From contig BAAIJX010000001.1 in NCBI GenBank assembly GCA_054600435.1, forward strand, positions 1,054,001 to 1,118,000: a stretch of 64,000 nt of DNA, in the 5' to 3' direction. Source of the DNA: Neophaeotheca triangularis. Its lineage: Eukaryota. The notes under the pieces were generated by a model, which saw only the letters and a list, made by a program, of their open reading frames with translations, was not told the origin of the DNA and made no database searches. Positions 48,080-60,700 of this stretch are shown one piece after another. The translations under genes were made by a program, and so were the position numbers. Numbering within the stretch: position 1 is the first letter of the stretch; each line of letters begins with the position of its first letter.

Positions 48080-49304
48080 ACCATTGCCGTAGTTGACTGG
48101 TCAGGCTGATCGTGGCTCTTTCCTGCATGTTCACTGCTCAGTCCTCTATGACCCGAGGTGCAGCGCTGTTCATATCCGAAAATGGCTTTTCATTAGCGTG
48201 CAAAAGCAGGAGCTGAACATCACGGACGACCTCAGTTGACGTGGGAGTCTGGGGTAACGCAGGTCTCTACGCTGCTGGCGTTTGCTCGCTGCCCAGAGTC
48301 TAGCAATCAAGATTGCATCGCTGTTGGTGGCGTGGTTCCACCCATGTGAAGTAACGACTCACCGTGTTATGGTTTCTCTTCTCCAGGCCCTAGCATCAAG
48401 AGCCAGGGCAGACTGATGAAAAGTGTCTTCTTGCGAAGGTGAACCATCAAAAATTCCGCCAGTGAGGCCCCCGAAGGAGACTCATGTGAGGACTTTACCG
48501 CGCTGTGCAATGCAGAAAGTCTTCGCACCTGGAAGGCATGCGTGAGCGCCCACAGGCTGACAAGGTAAGTATGGGAGAGAAAAGAGAAGGAGAGAAGAAG
48601 TTGTTTGGAAGGGAAGCTTCGTTTTGTGTCGGGGCCGGCGGAACTTCGGAACTGGGATCTAGTGTGGATGCCTCATGAGGCACCCTCACGGTAGGCAATG
48701 TCCGGCAGTGAAACCGGGGACAGCGATGTGACCTCTTCTCGCTCGCCGTCTTTAGACAAAGAGAGGCGAGGCAATCGAAGACGAGCCTCAATTGCGCTGG
48801 AGCTGGCACCAAGATGCCCATACCCATGTCACCTTCGAATCGCGCCTTGGTCTTTAAGTTAGTGCACCTATCTGCATCAAGGACAAGACCACCATCAGCT
48901 GTCCTACTGTCGGCATGCGCGTCACACCGCGTGCCTTTCAATCCCGATACCTGCTGACTCTGAGCTACCAAACAAGGCTGGCACGCGCGATACCACTCGT
49001 TATCTAGCTCCACCACAAAGGAGTCGGCCAGGCCGTCGATTGGAATGTAAGCGAGCGGACCCCGCAGGATTGGCGTACAGAGCTGCAGAGCAAGAAGCTG
49101 TTTTTTGCCTGGGAACTGCCTAGGCGCGCCTGTCCATGCTATATTATCATGCTAGCTCGAGAAAGCTGGGAAGGCTCAGGTGATAGAAATTGAGCGCTGC
49201 CCCGTGTAATAAGTCTGAGCTACATATAGGTGAACGTTTTGTCAAAGACACATTTTGTAATTATTTCCTTGTCTGCCATAGTTGAAGAGAAGTGTTGGAA
49301 AACC

Positions 49305-49985
49305 ATGTCGAAGACCACACAATACCAGGATAACGCTCCAGGGCAAGTCGAGCACGGAGCCCTCGCACAGCGGACACAAGCAAAAGATTTCTCGTCAGGC
49401 CCAGAAACCCGACCGGAGACTCAGGAGGCTACACAGGCGCTGAGCAGACATGCGAGCCCTCGGCCACCCTCGCAGCACTCACAAGAAGGACGACAATCAC
49501 CGAGTTGGGCAGGCGAAACTGCTACGCAATTGCTTGACACCGGATCGTCACCCCCGGATTTCTTCGCAGTGACGACAGAGGACAGAAACCACAAACGACG
49601 GCACAGCTCGAAGATCGGCCACACGGAGGCTGCTGGCGCAAAAAATCATACGAGCACAAGCCCCCCGGCTAGAGCCCAAGGCTCGCCCAGCAAAACTGCA
49701 AGCACCCGAACAGAAAGCCATGCCGGCATCTTCAACACATACAACGAGCCCCAAAGCCTGAGCGACCCATACGCCTCTGCCGAGGACGATGCTGATGGCC
49801 CTCTGGATGAAGAGAGCGGCCTTCTGCGGCAGCGGAGCAGACCAAGGAAGCTTGGATGGAGGAGAGTGGGCGGCTGCTGCAAACCCAGGGCTTTGACCAA
49901 CTGGATTTTGGCGTTTGGGATTTTGATTGTGATATTCTTTATCGCCAGGGCCACTAGGGAGATTGCGAATAGCTCGCCCAGGTGA
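49305..49985 (+). CDS. Hypothetical protein: disordered N-terminus with one C-terminal TM segment (3' end may be spliced)
   Basis: AACCATGT start; ~226-codon ORF; DEESGLL motif, then WILAFGILIVIFFIA. Confidence 0.55.
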   Translation: MSKTTQYQDNAPGQVEHGALAQRTQAKDFSSGPETRPETQEATQALSRHASPRPPSQHSQEGRQSPSWAGETATQLLDTGSSPPDFFAVTTEDRNHKRRHSSKIGHTEAAGAKNHTSTSPPARAQGSPSKTASTRTESHAGIFNTYNEPQSLSDPYASAEDDADGPLDEESGLLRQRSRPRKLGWRRVGGCCKPRALTNWILAFGILIVIFFIARATREIANSSPR

Positions 49986-50467
49986 GGGATATCCCAATGA
50001 GGTGTGTTCGAGGTTGGAAGCTTATTCGCTATAGGGACGATGGCATTCATACCTGATTTTTGACGTGGACCACGATGAAAGGCGTTGGTGTTGTTCTCCG
50101 TAGATTGCAGTGCTCTCTTGCATCTGCTCAAAAGTCTTGTTTTCTTGAGCGTTCGATCGATTGCTACGGTTGCGCTGGAGTCTGCTGGGCAATTTTCGGA
50201 TTACAAGGTAGATCTACAGCTGCGAGGGCGTATCAATGGTTCGATGGCATCTTTCTCATGCTCTCTCAGCTGCTCTTGACATGTGGTGCACTGTGGTATA
50301 CCCCCATCGCTGCGGTAGGAATAGGCTTCGGAGACCAAAGTATATATATCCAGCGAGCGGGGCAGGTGACATCTAGTCTCGATGTTGATCATCTCGCTGT
50401 ATTTACTGTTCATACTCAATGCCCGAAAACCTCAAGAAACATCATCAGAGCATAGCATTTAAACGAA

Positions 50468-51233
50468 ATGTGGACACTAATCAGCGCAACCCCTTCACCA
50501 TACGCAAGGAAGGTCCGAATCGCCCTGCAAGAGAAGGGCATCACGAACTGGCAATTACAAACCGAGGTGCCTTGGGACTCAACGACCCAGACACCGCAAT
50601 ACAACCCCCTCGAGAAACTCCCCGTGCTCATCCTAAACGACGGCACGAGTATCTACGAGTCCAGCTACATCCTCGAGTGGCTTGAAGCGAAGTAAGCATC
50701 ACATCCAAAACTCCAAACCTCTGCAGTTTTAACCGACATCACCCAAGGCACCCAGAGCAACCGCTGCTCCCCAGCGACATCGACCAACGCCTCTTCGCCA
50801 AGAAGATTGCAGTCGTCGCCGACGGCATCTGCGACGCCCTGCTGCTGGCCTTCTTCGAGCGCCTGCGAGAACCGGACAAGCAGTCCGAGCCATGGAAAGC
50901 CAGGTCCGCCAACACAAAGCCCTCCCCATCAAAACCCAATCACCTTCCCTGACTGTTCCGAACAGACAAATGCGCAAAGTCGACGGCGGCATCGCCGCTC
51001 TCGCTTCTTGGGCCAGTGAAGCGAAGCCCAGCCATTACCTCGTCGGCGATAAGCTCAGCCTCGCGGATATCAGCGCCGGTAGCGTGCTGGGTTACATGGC
51101 TGTGAGGTTCCCGGAGCATCCGTGGAAGGAGAGACATCCGGAGTTAAGGGAGTATGCGGAGAGGTTGGAGACGAGGGAGAGTTTTGCTACGACTAGGCCC
51201 AGTCCGCAGACGATGAGGGATAAGGTTGTGTAA
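50468..51233 (+). CDS. Glutathione S-transferase (SPYARKV type); 3 exons
   Basis: SATPSPYARKVRIAL; NPLEKLPVL; IYESSYILEWL; ADGICDA; YLVGDKLSLADI; RESFATTRP. Introns ~50692-50747 and ~50903-50965. Confidence 0.9.
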
Positions 51234-51837
51234 GTTGATTGTGGTGGGTTTGCTGGACGAGGGGCGAGGTCTTGAGTGATGGTGTTGGTTTCGTTCATAG
51301 TGAATTCGTCGATGTTGATGCCGCGAGGCAGAATCACTATGGGGGTGGGTGGTGAAGCCGATATGTATGCCTCTGTGCTCATCCTCGCTACACTCTTTGA
51401 GTGCATCTAGCCTTTCTTGACCTGAACAGATAACAACTCTGTCATGTTTTCTCGCTAAGTTATACAAAGCAAACCAACTCTCGCTTTGGCATCAGCATGG
51501 AAGAGTAGGGCAGATTCGGGTAACGGCACGACTTGCGAGGTACTCAGCCTCAGCCCTGCCCGTTTTCGGCCGTGTCAGCAACGAGACGCATTTGCGGATT
51601 GCTTCTCAGCCCACATGTCAGCCGTAGAGGTAATCTGTTGTTTGCGAGAGAAGGCTCTAGGCACAGCCTCAGCAAGCAGACATGTATGTATACATATTTC
51701 AACCAGCTGCTCAGTAGGTAAGTGGAAGCGCCGAATCTGCCTGCAGTCTACTACCTGAGTCTATCAAGGGGCGCTCTTGTCGATTCATAACAACACAACA
51801 AACGAGGACCGACTACCTTTCGGACATCTGCGCGAAA

Positions 51838-52317
51838 ATGACCATCGAAACGGACCCCCCAGCCTACCAGCCTGCTTCGGCCCCCCCAAAACGTTCGATT
51901 CAAGACCTACGCGCTCAAATCATTGCAAATGGCTCCGTCATACGCCAGCGCTACAATCAAGAGCGCAGCTCAGACGACCACATAGAGCTGGTAGTTGCTC
52001 AAAAACCTGCCTCCAGTAACGGCAATCCCGACGGCAGAAACTTCTCGGAGAAGCAACCCGCCTTCTCATGGACACGCACGCAGCAACAGCAACCCTCTGC
52101 CGCTTCAGCTTCGTCTGATGCGCAACCACAGCACTACGCATGCTTGCTTCAGCGCTCTAGTAGTCGGAAAATAAGAATTATTCACAAGAGCGACCCCAAG
52201 GATACGGTCGAAGAGGCTCTCGAGGCGTTGCTCGTGTATACCGAGATGGTCATGCATGATTTGATCTTTCAGTATGGCAACATCGATAGCGGTCAGCCGG
52301 AATGCTGCGTCATGTAA
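51838..52317 (+). CDS. Hypothetical 159-aa protein ending in a CaaX box (CCVM)
   Basis: AAAATGA start; PPAY motif; stop directly after GQPECCVM. Confidence 0.7.
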   Translation: MTIETDPPAYQPASAPPKRSIQDLRAQIIANGSVIRQRYNQERSSDDHIELVVAQKPASSNGNPDGRNFSEKQPAFSWTRTQQQQPSAASASSDAQPQHYACLLQRSSSRKIRIIHKSDPKDTVEEALEALLVYTEMVMHDLIFQYGNIDSGQPECCVM

Positions 52318-53171
52318 CAGGAGGGTTTGGCGACGAGGTAGACTCGGACAGTGGTATGGCTGAACTCGAAGATTTAAATTGCAAGCTTGCAGAGTGGTAA
52401 GGCTGAGAGAGGGGTTTGTTGGAGTCAGTCATGGGGAGCCGGCCGGATTGATGGCAACACGACGAACATGTCCAGCTGGTGAGGAAATGCTCGCGGTCTT
52501 GCTTTTCTATACCATGCAACATACCATTAGCGCGATACGTCGTTCGCAGGATCGATGGCGCCCAGAAGTGACGCTCATTCTTCGAAACGCTCATGGCAAC
52601 ATTTTGGTCAACGATGCGAACCTGCGTCTCGAGAGCTGTTTCTCGCGGCAAACTCTTTGAACTATTATGAGTTCCACCATCACAAGCAGCAGCTTGGTAG
52701 AAGTTAGGTGTTGTGCCTAGCAACATCACCTAATAACATAACCTCGTTGCATGATGACCCCGCTTAGCCAAGATTCATGCCCAGGACTCATATCATGACT
52801 CCTCCACTCGAGCTCTCCAACTATCAGAGCCCAAAAAACACCCCCAAATGCATCTTTGCGATCCTTGCGACTCCACAAATGGTCTGACCTGCTTGTTTTG
52901 GATGATAGACGGACTATCACCTTCCGAACAACTTCTAGCTCGCGATAGCTGTACGCTTGGTTGCGGGTATCTACGCGCAACGGCTGCAAGGAACCAAGAG
53001 CTATACTCCCTGTTGACTAGACTACGGACGGAGAACGACATCGAGAGGAAGTAAAGTATCCGATGGTGCAGAATGTAGGTCGACGGCGAAGAAGTGCTGG
53101 CATTAAAAGGTAGCCCTGTCTCCTTCGAGATCATCTTTCCTATCTTTTCTACCTTCACCAGCATTTCCAAG

Positions 53172-55020
53172 ATGTATTCCTCCCTCCCTGCTTGGGTTCT
53201 TCCCCTCTGCTTTCAAGCCGTCAAGGCTCAGTCTGGTGCACAGCCAGTTGGCCTTGCATATGGCAACAATGCCTTGCCAGTCACCAAGGACAGCGACATC
53301 GTTTCTCAGGCATTCCCTGAGGTCGAGGGCATCGAGCTTCTTTCGCCAGCCTTCCTCAACCCGGAGACCGTTCCTGAAGGTTTCGAGGATGGTACCAGCA
53401 GTCCTACGGACCTTAGGGTGATGGGTGGGTACAGAACAACGCCGTCACGCCAGACGACGGTCACTAACACAGAGGCACAGACAGCTTCTACCGCAACCTT
53501 GCAGCTCGCAATGACTGGCTCACCTACCAGAGTGGAGACTTCTTGTCCGAGGAGAACCGCCAGATCCCTTACCTCTACCTCACGTCGACTCCATACGAGC
53601 CCTGTGAGCACACCAAGCTCAAGGTCTACATTCAGGCCGACATCCATGGTAGGGCTCCATGGAAAGACAGGTCCGGTCTCGATATTAACGGTGACTAGGT
53701 AACGAACCCGCTGCGGGCCAAGGTCTCATGGCCCTTTTGGGTAAGATGGACGCCAACCAGACCTGGACTGAGTCCGTCCTGAGATACGCGGATATCCTTG
53801 CTCTCCCACGCTACAATGTCGACGGCGTTGCGTAAGACACACTCCTTTCTCCATTTACAATATTTCCACTTGCTAATGTGTGATTCTAGGTACTTCCAAC
53901 GCCAACTGGCGAACAACTACGACCCCAACAGGGAGCACATCAAGCTCTTCCGCAAGCAGTCCAGGGAGATCAAGCAGAAGTTCAGCGACTTCTCCCCCGA
54001 CGTCAGCATCGATCTTCACGAGTATACCGCATCCAACGTATTTGGGGGCGAATATCAGCACGCTTCGGATTCGCTCATCAGCGGCGGCATTAATCCCAAT
54101 ATTCACGAGGATATTCGTTCGCTTCTTCTCGATAACTTTATCCCTGCCACAGAGTCTGCTCTCGCAGAATACGGTCTTCGCCAGGAACCCTACGTAGTCG
54201 GACCCAGCTCTGACGTCCCGGGCACACCAATCGAGTTCACCGAGGCCGTTACTGAGGCCAGGACGGGTGAGTAAAAACATTCCCCTACTTCAAGCCATCC
54301 TTCTCTAACTCTTGTACAGGCCGCAACGCCTACGGCCTAACGCAAACCGTCTCCTTCCTGCTCGAAATGCGCGGCATCCGCATCGCCAACCAACACTTCC
54401 AGCGCCGCTGCGCCACAGCCCTAATAAAACTCACCTCGATCCTCGAAACGATCCGCGACGACTACGAAAACGTCTCCAGCACCATCGCCCGCGCGCGCGA
54501 CGACTTCATCTCCAGCGACTCCGACATCATCATCACCGACTCCTACCGCCCCACCAACCGCACCTTCACCCTCGTCGACATCAACAACGGCAGCGTCGTG
54601 CAAGTCCCCGTGGGCTTCGAAGCCACCACCCCCTCGGTCGCGAACCTCACCCGTCCCCGCCCGGAAGCCTACCTGATCCCCTCGACCCACTACGACGTCG
54701 CGGAGCGCTTGCGCATCCTCGGCCTCGAAGTCCAAACTCTCGACTACGAGTACCGCGGCCCCGTCGAGGCTCTGAACATCACGTCGAGCGTGCTGGACCA
54801 AGAAGTGTACGAGGGCACCGTGCTGAATAGCGTCGAGACTGTTTCGTACGCGACCGAGGTCAGTCTGCCGTACGGCAGCTATCTTGTCAGCACGAGGCAG
54901 AAGAATGCCGCTTTGGCTTTTATTGCTCTCGAGCCGGAGAATATTGATAGTTTTGTCACGTATAATATCGTGCAGGTTACCGAGGCGGATCAGTATCCGG
55001 TTTTTAGGGTTATGAAGTAG
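53172..55020 (+). CDS. Secreted zinc carboxypeptidase, family M14 (multi-exon)
   Basis: Signal peptide; IQADIHG|NEPAA (HxxE) across intron ~53649-53698; [28 protein letters not shown]. Confidence 0.9.
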
Positions 55021-55456
55021 GTTAGGTGAGAACTGGGGTTGAGAGTTAGGAGATGGGGTGGATGGGGGGTTGGGAGAGGTGGATGTAGGTTAGAACCCTA
55101 GATAGGCCTTCAACAAAGGTGATTAGACATTTGTCCTTTTTTTTTTTTTTTCTTTGAGCGTAGTGCCAGCCATCGGTGATCGACGAGGCAGTACTCGAGC
55201 AAAGGCAAGTCGAGCGTACCATGGCGCGAGCGGTGAGCAGGCCCGGGACTTGTGGTTTTGCCGGCAGTTCGGTGAGGACGTCTGCGAAAAGCCCCAAGTC
55301 CTGATCCAAGCGGTCGCGGTCGAGGTTCTCTAGCAAAGCAAGCAAGGAAGCAGAAGCATTAAAAAAAAAAGCAGATAGCATATTTACAGAACCAACGACC
55401 CTCGAAGCCAACATAAATACAGTGCAGAAATCATCGCAAATCCTAACAAAACCTAC

Positions 55457-57418
55457 TCACTCTTCCCTTTTGCCCCCCTTGGCCCACTCCCTAAGAACAT
55501 TCTTCCTCACCTTCCCCGTCGAAGTCTTGGGCAGCTCCTCCACGACTTCGGCAACCTTGGGAACCGCAAACCTCGACAACCCGGGATGCTCCTTGGCCCA
55601 CTCGACAAGCTCCCTGCCTTCGAAACCGCCCTGGCCCTCTTTGACAGTCACGTAAGCCACGGGAATTTCGCCCCATTTCTCGTCCCCAGCGCTCACGACA
55701 CCCGCTTCCAAAACTCGCGGGTGCGTCACCAAAACTGCTTCCAGAGCTACGGAACTGATGTTCTCGCCGCCGGAGATTATGATGTCCTTGGCCCTGTCTT
55801 TCAACTCTATCGCCCCGTCCGGATGCATGACGGCCAAGTCGCCGGAGTGCTGCACACCGCCGGCGAACATCTTGCGTGTGGCGGCGGGGTCCTTGTAGTA
55901 AGCGCGCGCGCAGATGTTGCCGCTGAAAACGATCTCGCCGATTTCTTTACCGTCGCGTGCGACGTCTATGACGGCGTTCGGGGGCAGGGTGCTGTCTTCG
56001 GAGCTTGCGGAGGTGGGTTTGATGACGCGGGCGGGCAGGGAGGTTAGGAAGCCGTGGCCTTGGCGGGCCATCAGGGCGTATTTCTCTTTGGTGGCGAGGG
56101 TGCTCCAGTGGGGGAGTTGGTAACCTTTGGTTATGGGGCCGTAGGTTTCCGTCAGGCCGTAGACGTGTACGGGGTTGAGGTTTAGGCTTTCCATTGTTTC
56201 GAAGAGGTAAGCCGTTGGTGGGCTTGCGGCGACCTGGGGTGTGGTTAGTAGTTAATGGGGGGAGTGCTGAGGTGGACGGGAGTGTTGAGGTAGACTGACA
56301 GTGACGCGAACGGGTTCGAGAAGCTTTTGCGCGCTGGGATCGGCGCAGAGCAGCGTGTTGACGGTGGGTGCGGCGTTGAAGTGGCTGATTTTTTCTTCGA
56401 GTAGGAGTTTCCATATCGCTGGGTAGTCGATCTTGCGCAGGCAGTAGTGAGTCCCTCTCACGGCGGTCACGGCCCTGCGTGAGGAGTATTAGCGAAAAGT
56501 CTTGCTTCAACGTTTGCGGAGGGGATAATAATACCAAGGGAATGTCCAACCCCCGGCGTGGAACATCGGCAGCGTCCAGAGGTAATGACACCGCTCAGCA
56601 GCCGAATTCCAGGAGTTGAGGTGCGACTCTATCACATTGCCGAGAGACGCGAGGTAGGCCCCTCGGTGGGTGTATTCAACCCCCTTGGGTCTCGAAGTGG
56701 TCCCAGACGTGTACGAGAGAGCAATGAGATTCTCCTCGTCTGAAACCTCAGTCTCCAGCCCCTCCCATCCTTGCGATCCCGAGGCAGAGTCGTGTTCAAG
56801 GCCTTCTAGAACAGCATGATCGAAAGGTCCAGAGTCTGAGTCGGTGTCGGTATCGATGATGAAAGGCACGCCGGGATGTTTTTCGTGGAACATCTCCAAC
56901 AAGTTTTTGTACTCCTCATCAACGATTATCACATCGACTTCCGCATTATCAAAAATGTAATCAATATCATCAGCCTTCAACCTATAGTTAATAGCCACAT
57001 TCACCGCCCCAGCAGCCCCAATACCGAAGATAGACTCCAGGAAAGCGGGAGTGTTCGGCGCCAGGATGCCCACACGCTTGAAGTTCTGTTGGCGCAGGTA
57101 ATAGGCTAGACCCCGAGCTCTGTCGGCCGTCTGTTGGTAGCTTCGGCGGAGGACCTGGCTGTTGGCGGTTACGTGGTAGACTGCTGTTGCCTGAGTTCGT
57201 TATTAGTGAGTCTTGGGTTGGGGACTCGGAGGGCTACTACGCACATTGGGCTCTATGGATGCTGCTCTCGGGAGAAAGAATGTTGGGGAGAGCTGGTGGA
57301 TGTGGTGGCGGTGTTTGAAATCGCCAGCTTTTTCGATTGTGTCTGTGGGTGTAGGGGAGGCTGAGGCGGGAGTAAAGTGCGCGGCGAGGGAGGAAAGGCG
57401 TTTAAGAGCTGAGGACAT
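55457..57418 (-). CDS. AMP-binding acyl-CoA synthetase with N-terminal PTS2-like signal (multi-exon)
   Basis: YTSGTTSRPKGV; LPMFHAGGW; VYGLTETYGP; HSGDLAV; DRAKDIIISGGENIS; LPKTSTGKV; N-terminus MSSALKRLSSLAAHF. Confidence 0.93.
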
Positions 57419-58147
57419 TGTTGTGGAGGGAGCGGAGGAGCGGACGATGTATGCTTTGCTGTTTGAGCCGTACGTCTCAAATGTCTGTTGTGAGTGTTTC
57501 GACCGAGATTCCAAGGTGACAACAACGTAAGAGTAGCTACCTAGTGCATGGATGAAATGGACAAGTCCTTTACCAGCACGCTCCAGAGAATGTTTCTACT
57601 CTTTCTCAGCAGCAAGATGGCTCCAGAAATGGAGTGTAGGTAAGGTAGTTTGGTAGTGTAGTTGAATCCAAGAATTGCCCAAGCTCCAAGTGAGGTCCCC
57701 TCATGAGAGGTGATGCATTGTGGGGATCTGGGGTAAAGCAGGGTATCGCCCGAGGTCGGGTACGGTACATTGGATTGGATGCGTCAGTCTTGCAGCGGAT
57801 CGCGCCGCATAAAATGCTTCATCCGAGTCTTGTTTGAAGCTGATACCTATCTGAGACTGTACCTAGCAAGGCAGTGATAATATCACCTTGAATATTCCCT
57901 GAGTGCGCCAGAACGTTTGGGGAGTATACGCTACGCTATGCTCCTAGACAACATGCAAGTAAGCAACCGAGTAGAACAGCACTATACATGCTCAGTATGA
58001 TCGCCCCGAGACGCCTCGCCAACAATCATTTCGCTGATCGAAAGCATTCCACCATGGGATGAGAAACACCAAAGCACCACTCGCGGCACCCAAACTACCC
58101 CCCCATCATGCATCCTGTTTTCCAGCCTGCCCAATCATCTAATCCCA

Positions 58148-59074
58148 TCACGACTGGTTCCGCTTATGTCCCTCATCCACCTCCGTCAACGCCGCCTGCG
58201 CTTCCTTGACCAACTCCTTCCGCCTGGCCCTAGCATCCTGATCACCCTCCGTCTCGACACCATCCAGCTTCAACAGCACTTGCGCTAGAATCATCTCCGA
58301 CAATCTTTTATGCTCAAAATCAAACTTGGCTGGATCGGCTGGCGGATTGCGCACGTATTCCTTGACTTGGTCGGAAAAATCGTGGAGAGTGGTTTGAAGC
58401 GCGTTGAGTTTGTCCATGGGAGTGGCGGGAGAGGGTGCTTGGGATGGGTGACCTTGCGGAGTTGAGAGGTTGTTGGGGGTGGAAGTGCCGGACTCTTTGG
58501 CCTTTTGACGGCGCTTCTTGTTGCGGTTGCGATTGCGTCTGCGCTTGCCCGTGTCGCCGTCGCCTGTCGCTCTGCCGTCGATGCCTTCCTCATCGTCGTC
58601 TTCCGAGTCGCTGCCGGACTCGGAGGGTGCAGGTCCGTCGCCTATGGTGCACAGTAGTTCCGCATGGTCCTTGAGCCCAGCAGATCTGCACGTGCGGTTG
58701 TCGTCCTTAAGATTGCTACCTTTGTAGAGCAGCTTCACTCTTCTCGAACTCTCAGCTCCTGTCTTCTTGGCCACAGCATCGCGCAACTGCCCCACGCTCA
58801 GCTCGCCCTTGGCGATACTGTAAGCGGGGAAGTGCACAGGATACTGCATGCGCTTGTGCTTGACAATGACAACGTCGGTATCCCTGGGCGGGCCCATGTC
58901 TTGCGGCGGGGAATCAGCGCCATCTGATGAGGAGATCTGGTTGCGGCGTAAGTCGTCGGTGGTGATGTAGCTGAAGTCTGCATCACTAACTTGGGTTGAG
59001 CCTGCTTGAGTGGGAGAGCGGGCGAATGGGGAGAAGCGGCCTAGATTGCTGCCGAGGCGCGATGTCCAGGACAT
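58148..59074 (-). CDS. BAG-domain Hsp70 co-chaperone with ubiquitin-like domain (first ATG 59074; frame open further upstream)
   Basis: UBL-like RRVKLLYKGSNLKDD; BAG EHKRLSEMILAQVLLKLDGVETEGDQDARARRKELVK. Confidence 0.9.
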   Translation of the reverse strand: MSWTSRLGSNLGRFSPFARSPTQAGSTQVSDADFSYITTDDLRRNQISSSDGADSPPQDMGPPRDTDVVIVKHKRMQYPVHFPAYSIAKGELSVGQLRDAVAKKTGAESSRRVKLLYKGSNLKDDNRTCRSAGLKDHAELLCTIGDGPAPSESGSDSEDDDEEGIDGRATGDGDTGKRRRNRNRNKKRRQKAKESGTSTPNNLSTPQGHPSQAPSPATPMDKLNALQTTLHDFSDQVKEYVRNPPADPAKFDFEHKRLSEMILAQVLLKLDGVETEGDQDARARRKELVKEAQAALTEVDEGHKRNQS

Positions 59075-59747
59075 GGCTAGGAAGAAGAAAGTGCAGAGAG
59101 CGAGGAGGATGGAAGTGCTCTCCAAGGACGAGCGGTTTTCAGTGAAGTTGGAAAGGAGGAATAAGTAATGGTTTACCCTGTCCTGCCAAGGAGTGGTATA
59201 GGGAGATGTTGGGCTTGTGAAGAGACGCTCGATTGCTTCAGTCGCATGCGATGTCACTGCACTGACGCTGTAGCTTGGGGAAGTGAAGTTGGTCCAACTG
59301 TTGAACAAGGACTCGAGGTAATTTTGCGTAGTAGCCACGGTGGGCGAGTCGTGAGTGGAAGGAGTTGGAAGGGTAGTAGTAGCAGCGGATATGTGTTGGC
59401 GGTGGTGGAGGGAGGGAAACGGGTACAGCAGCAGCAAAACTTGAGCAGTTGGTATGACGCCTGATCATCAGCCCTACTTTTCCGGCCAACCAGGTAAGTC
59501 AGAAGAAGCCGAAAGCGCGGAAGAAGCCGAGATAACGAAGTTGCTTTGCTTGTGGATAGATGCCTTAAGGCATCTATCTCTCTCCTCCCGCTGTTTGTGC
59601 GGGCGTTAAGCTTGGCATCGAAATCCAACGCCGGCGTCTGTCTGTGCGATACGGCTTCGCTCGACTTCACGGGCTTCAGCGACGACACCACCACCGGCCC
59701 TTCACCACCACCCCAAAGGACGATACTAACCCGCAGTCGAGGCCATC

Positions 59748-60700
59748 ATGTCGGGAAACTTCGAGCCAGTCGTTGTACGTACACTCCACTCGGACGGGCG
59801 GTTCGCAATTCCTTGAGCATCAAGAGGGCGAAATTGAAGATTTGTATGGTATGGGCGTGCGAAATACTGACACGTCCACCACGCAGGTCATCGATGGCAA
59901 GGGCCACCTTCTCGGTCGCCTGGCCTCCATCGTCGCCAAGCAGCTGCTCAACGGCCAGAAGATTGTTGTTGTCCGCTGCGAGGCCCTCAACATCTCCGGC
60001 GAGTTCTTCCGCGCGAAGCGTACGTCTTACCTCCACACACCTACTCCCGCACCCGACCCTACACTTCAGCGGGGCTATCACCAGGAATGAGCAGCAATGG
60101 AAAAGAAGAAAAAGAGCAAGTGCAAAGGGGAACACCGCACTGACACCGCTTCCACAACAGTAAAGTACCAAGCCTTCCTCCGCAAGCAGACCCGTTTCAA
60201 CGCCTGGCGCGGTGGCCCATGGCACTACCGCCAACCCTCCAAGATGTTCTGGCGCACCGTCCGTGGCATGATTCCCCACAAGACTGAGCGCGGCGCCAAA
60301 GCCATGGAGCGTCTGAAGACCTTCGAGGGTGTGCCCCCTCCCTACGACCACAAGAAGCGCATGGTTGTGCCCCAGGCCCTCCGCGTGCTCCGCCTCAAGC
60401 CCGGCAGGAAGTACTGCACCCTCGGCAGGTTGGGCCACGAGTTCGGCTGGAAGTACCAGGACATTGTCGCGAGGTATGTGACTTCACCATACAAGATGCA
60501 GTGAAGGGTATATGGACAGGGCCAAGAGAACGTGCGAAGGCTAACCGGAAGATGTGTGCAGGCTCGAGGAGAGGAGAAAAGTCAAGGGTGCGGCGTACTA
60601 CGAGCGCAAGAAGGCGGCCAAGAGGCAACTCGCCGATGCGCAGAAGAACGCCAAGATCGACGACAAGACCAAGCAGCAGCTCGCGTCTTACGGCTACTAG
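59748..60700 (+). CDS. RPL16: 60S ribosomal protein L16 (uL13); 4 coding exons
   Basis: [73 protein letters not shown]. Introns ~59775-59886, 60020-60160, 60474-60561. Confidence 0.97.

Noticed and set aside
38449..57418. Secondary-metabolite or catabolic gene cluster (amine oxidase, amidohydrolase, GST, peptidase, CoA ligase)
   Set aside because: No backbone synthase and no coherent pathway can be supported from sequence alone; synteny or co-expression data would be needed.
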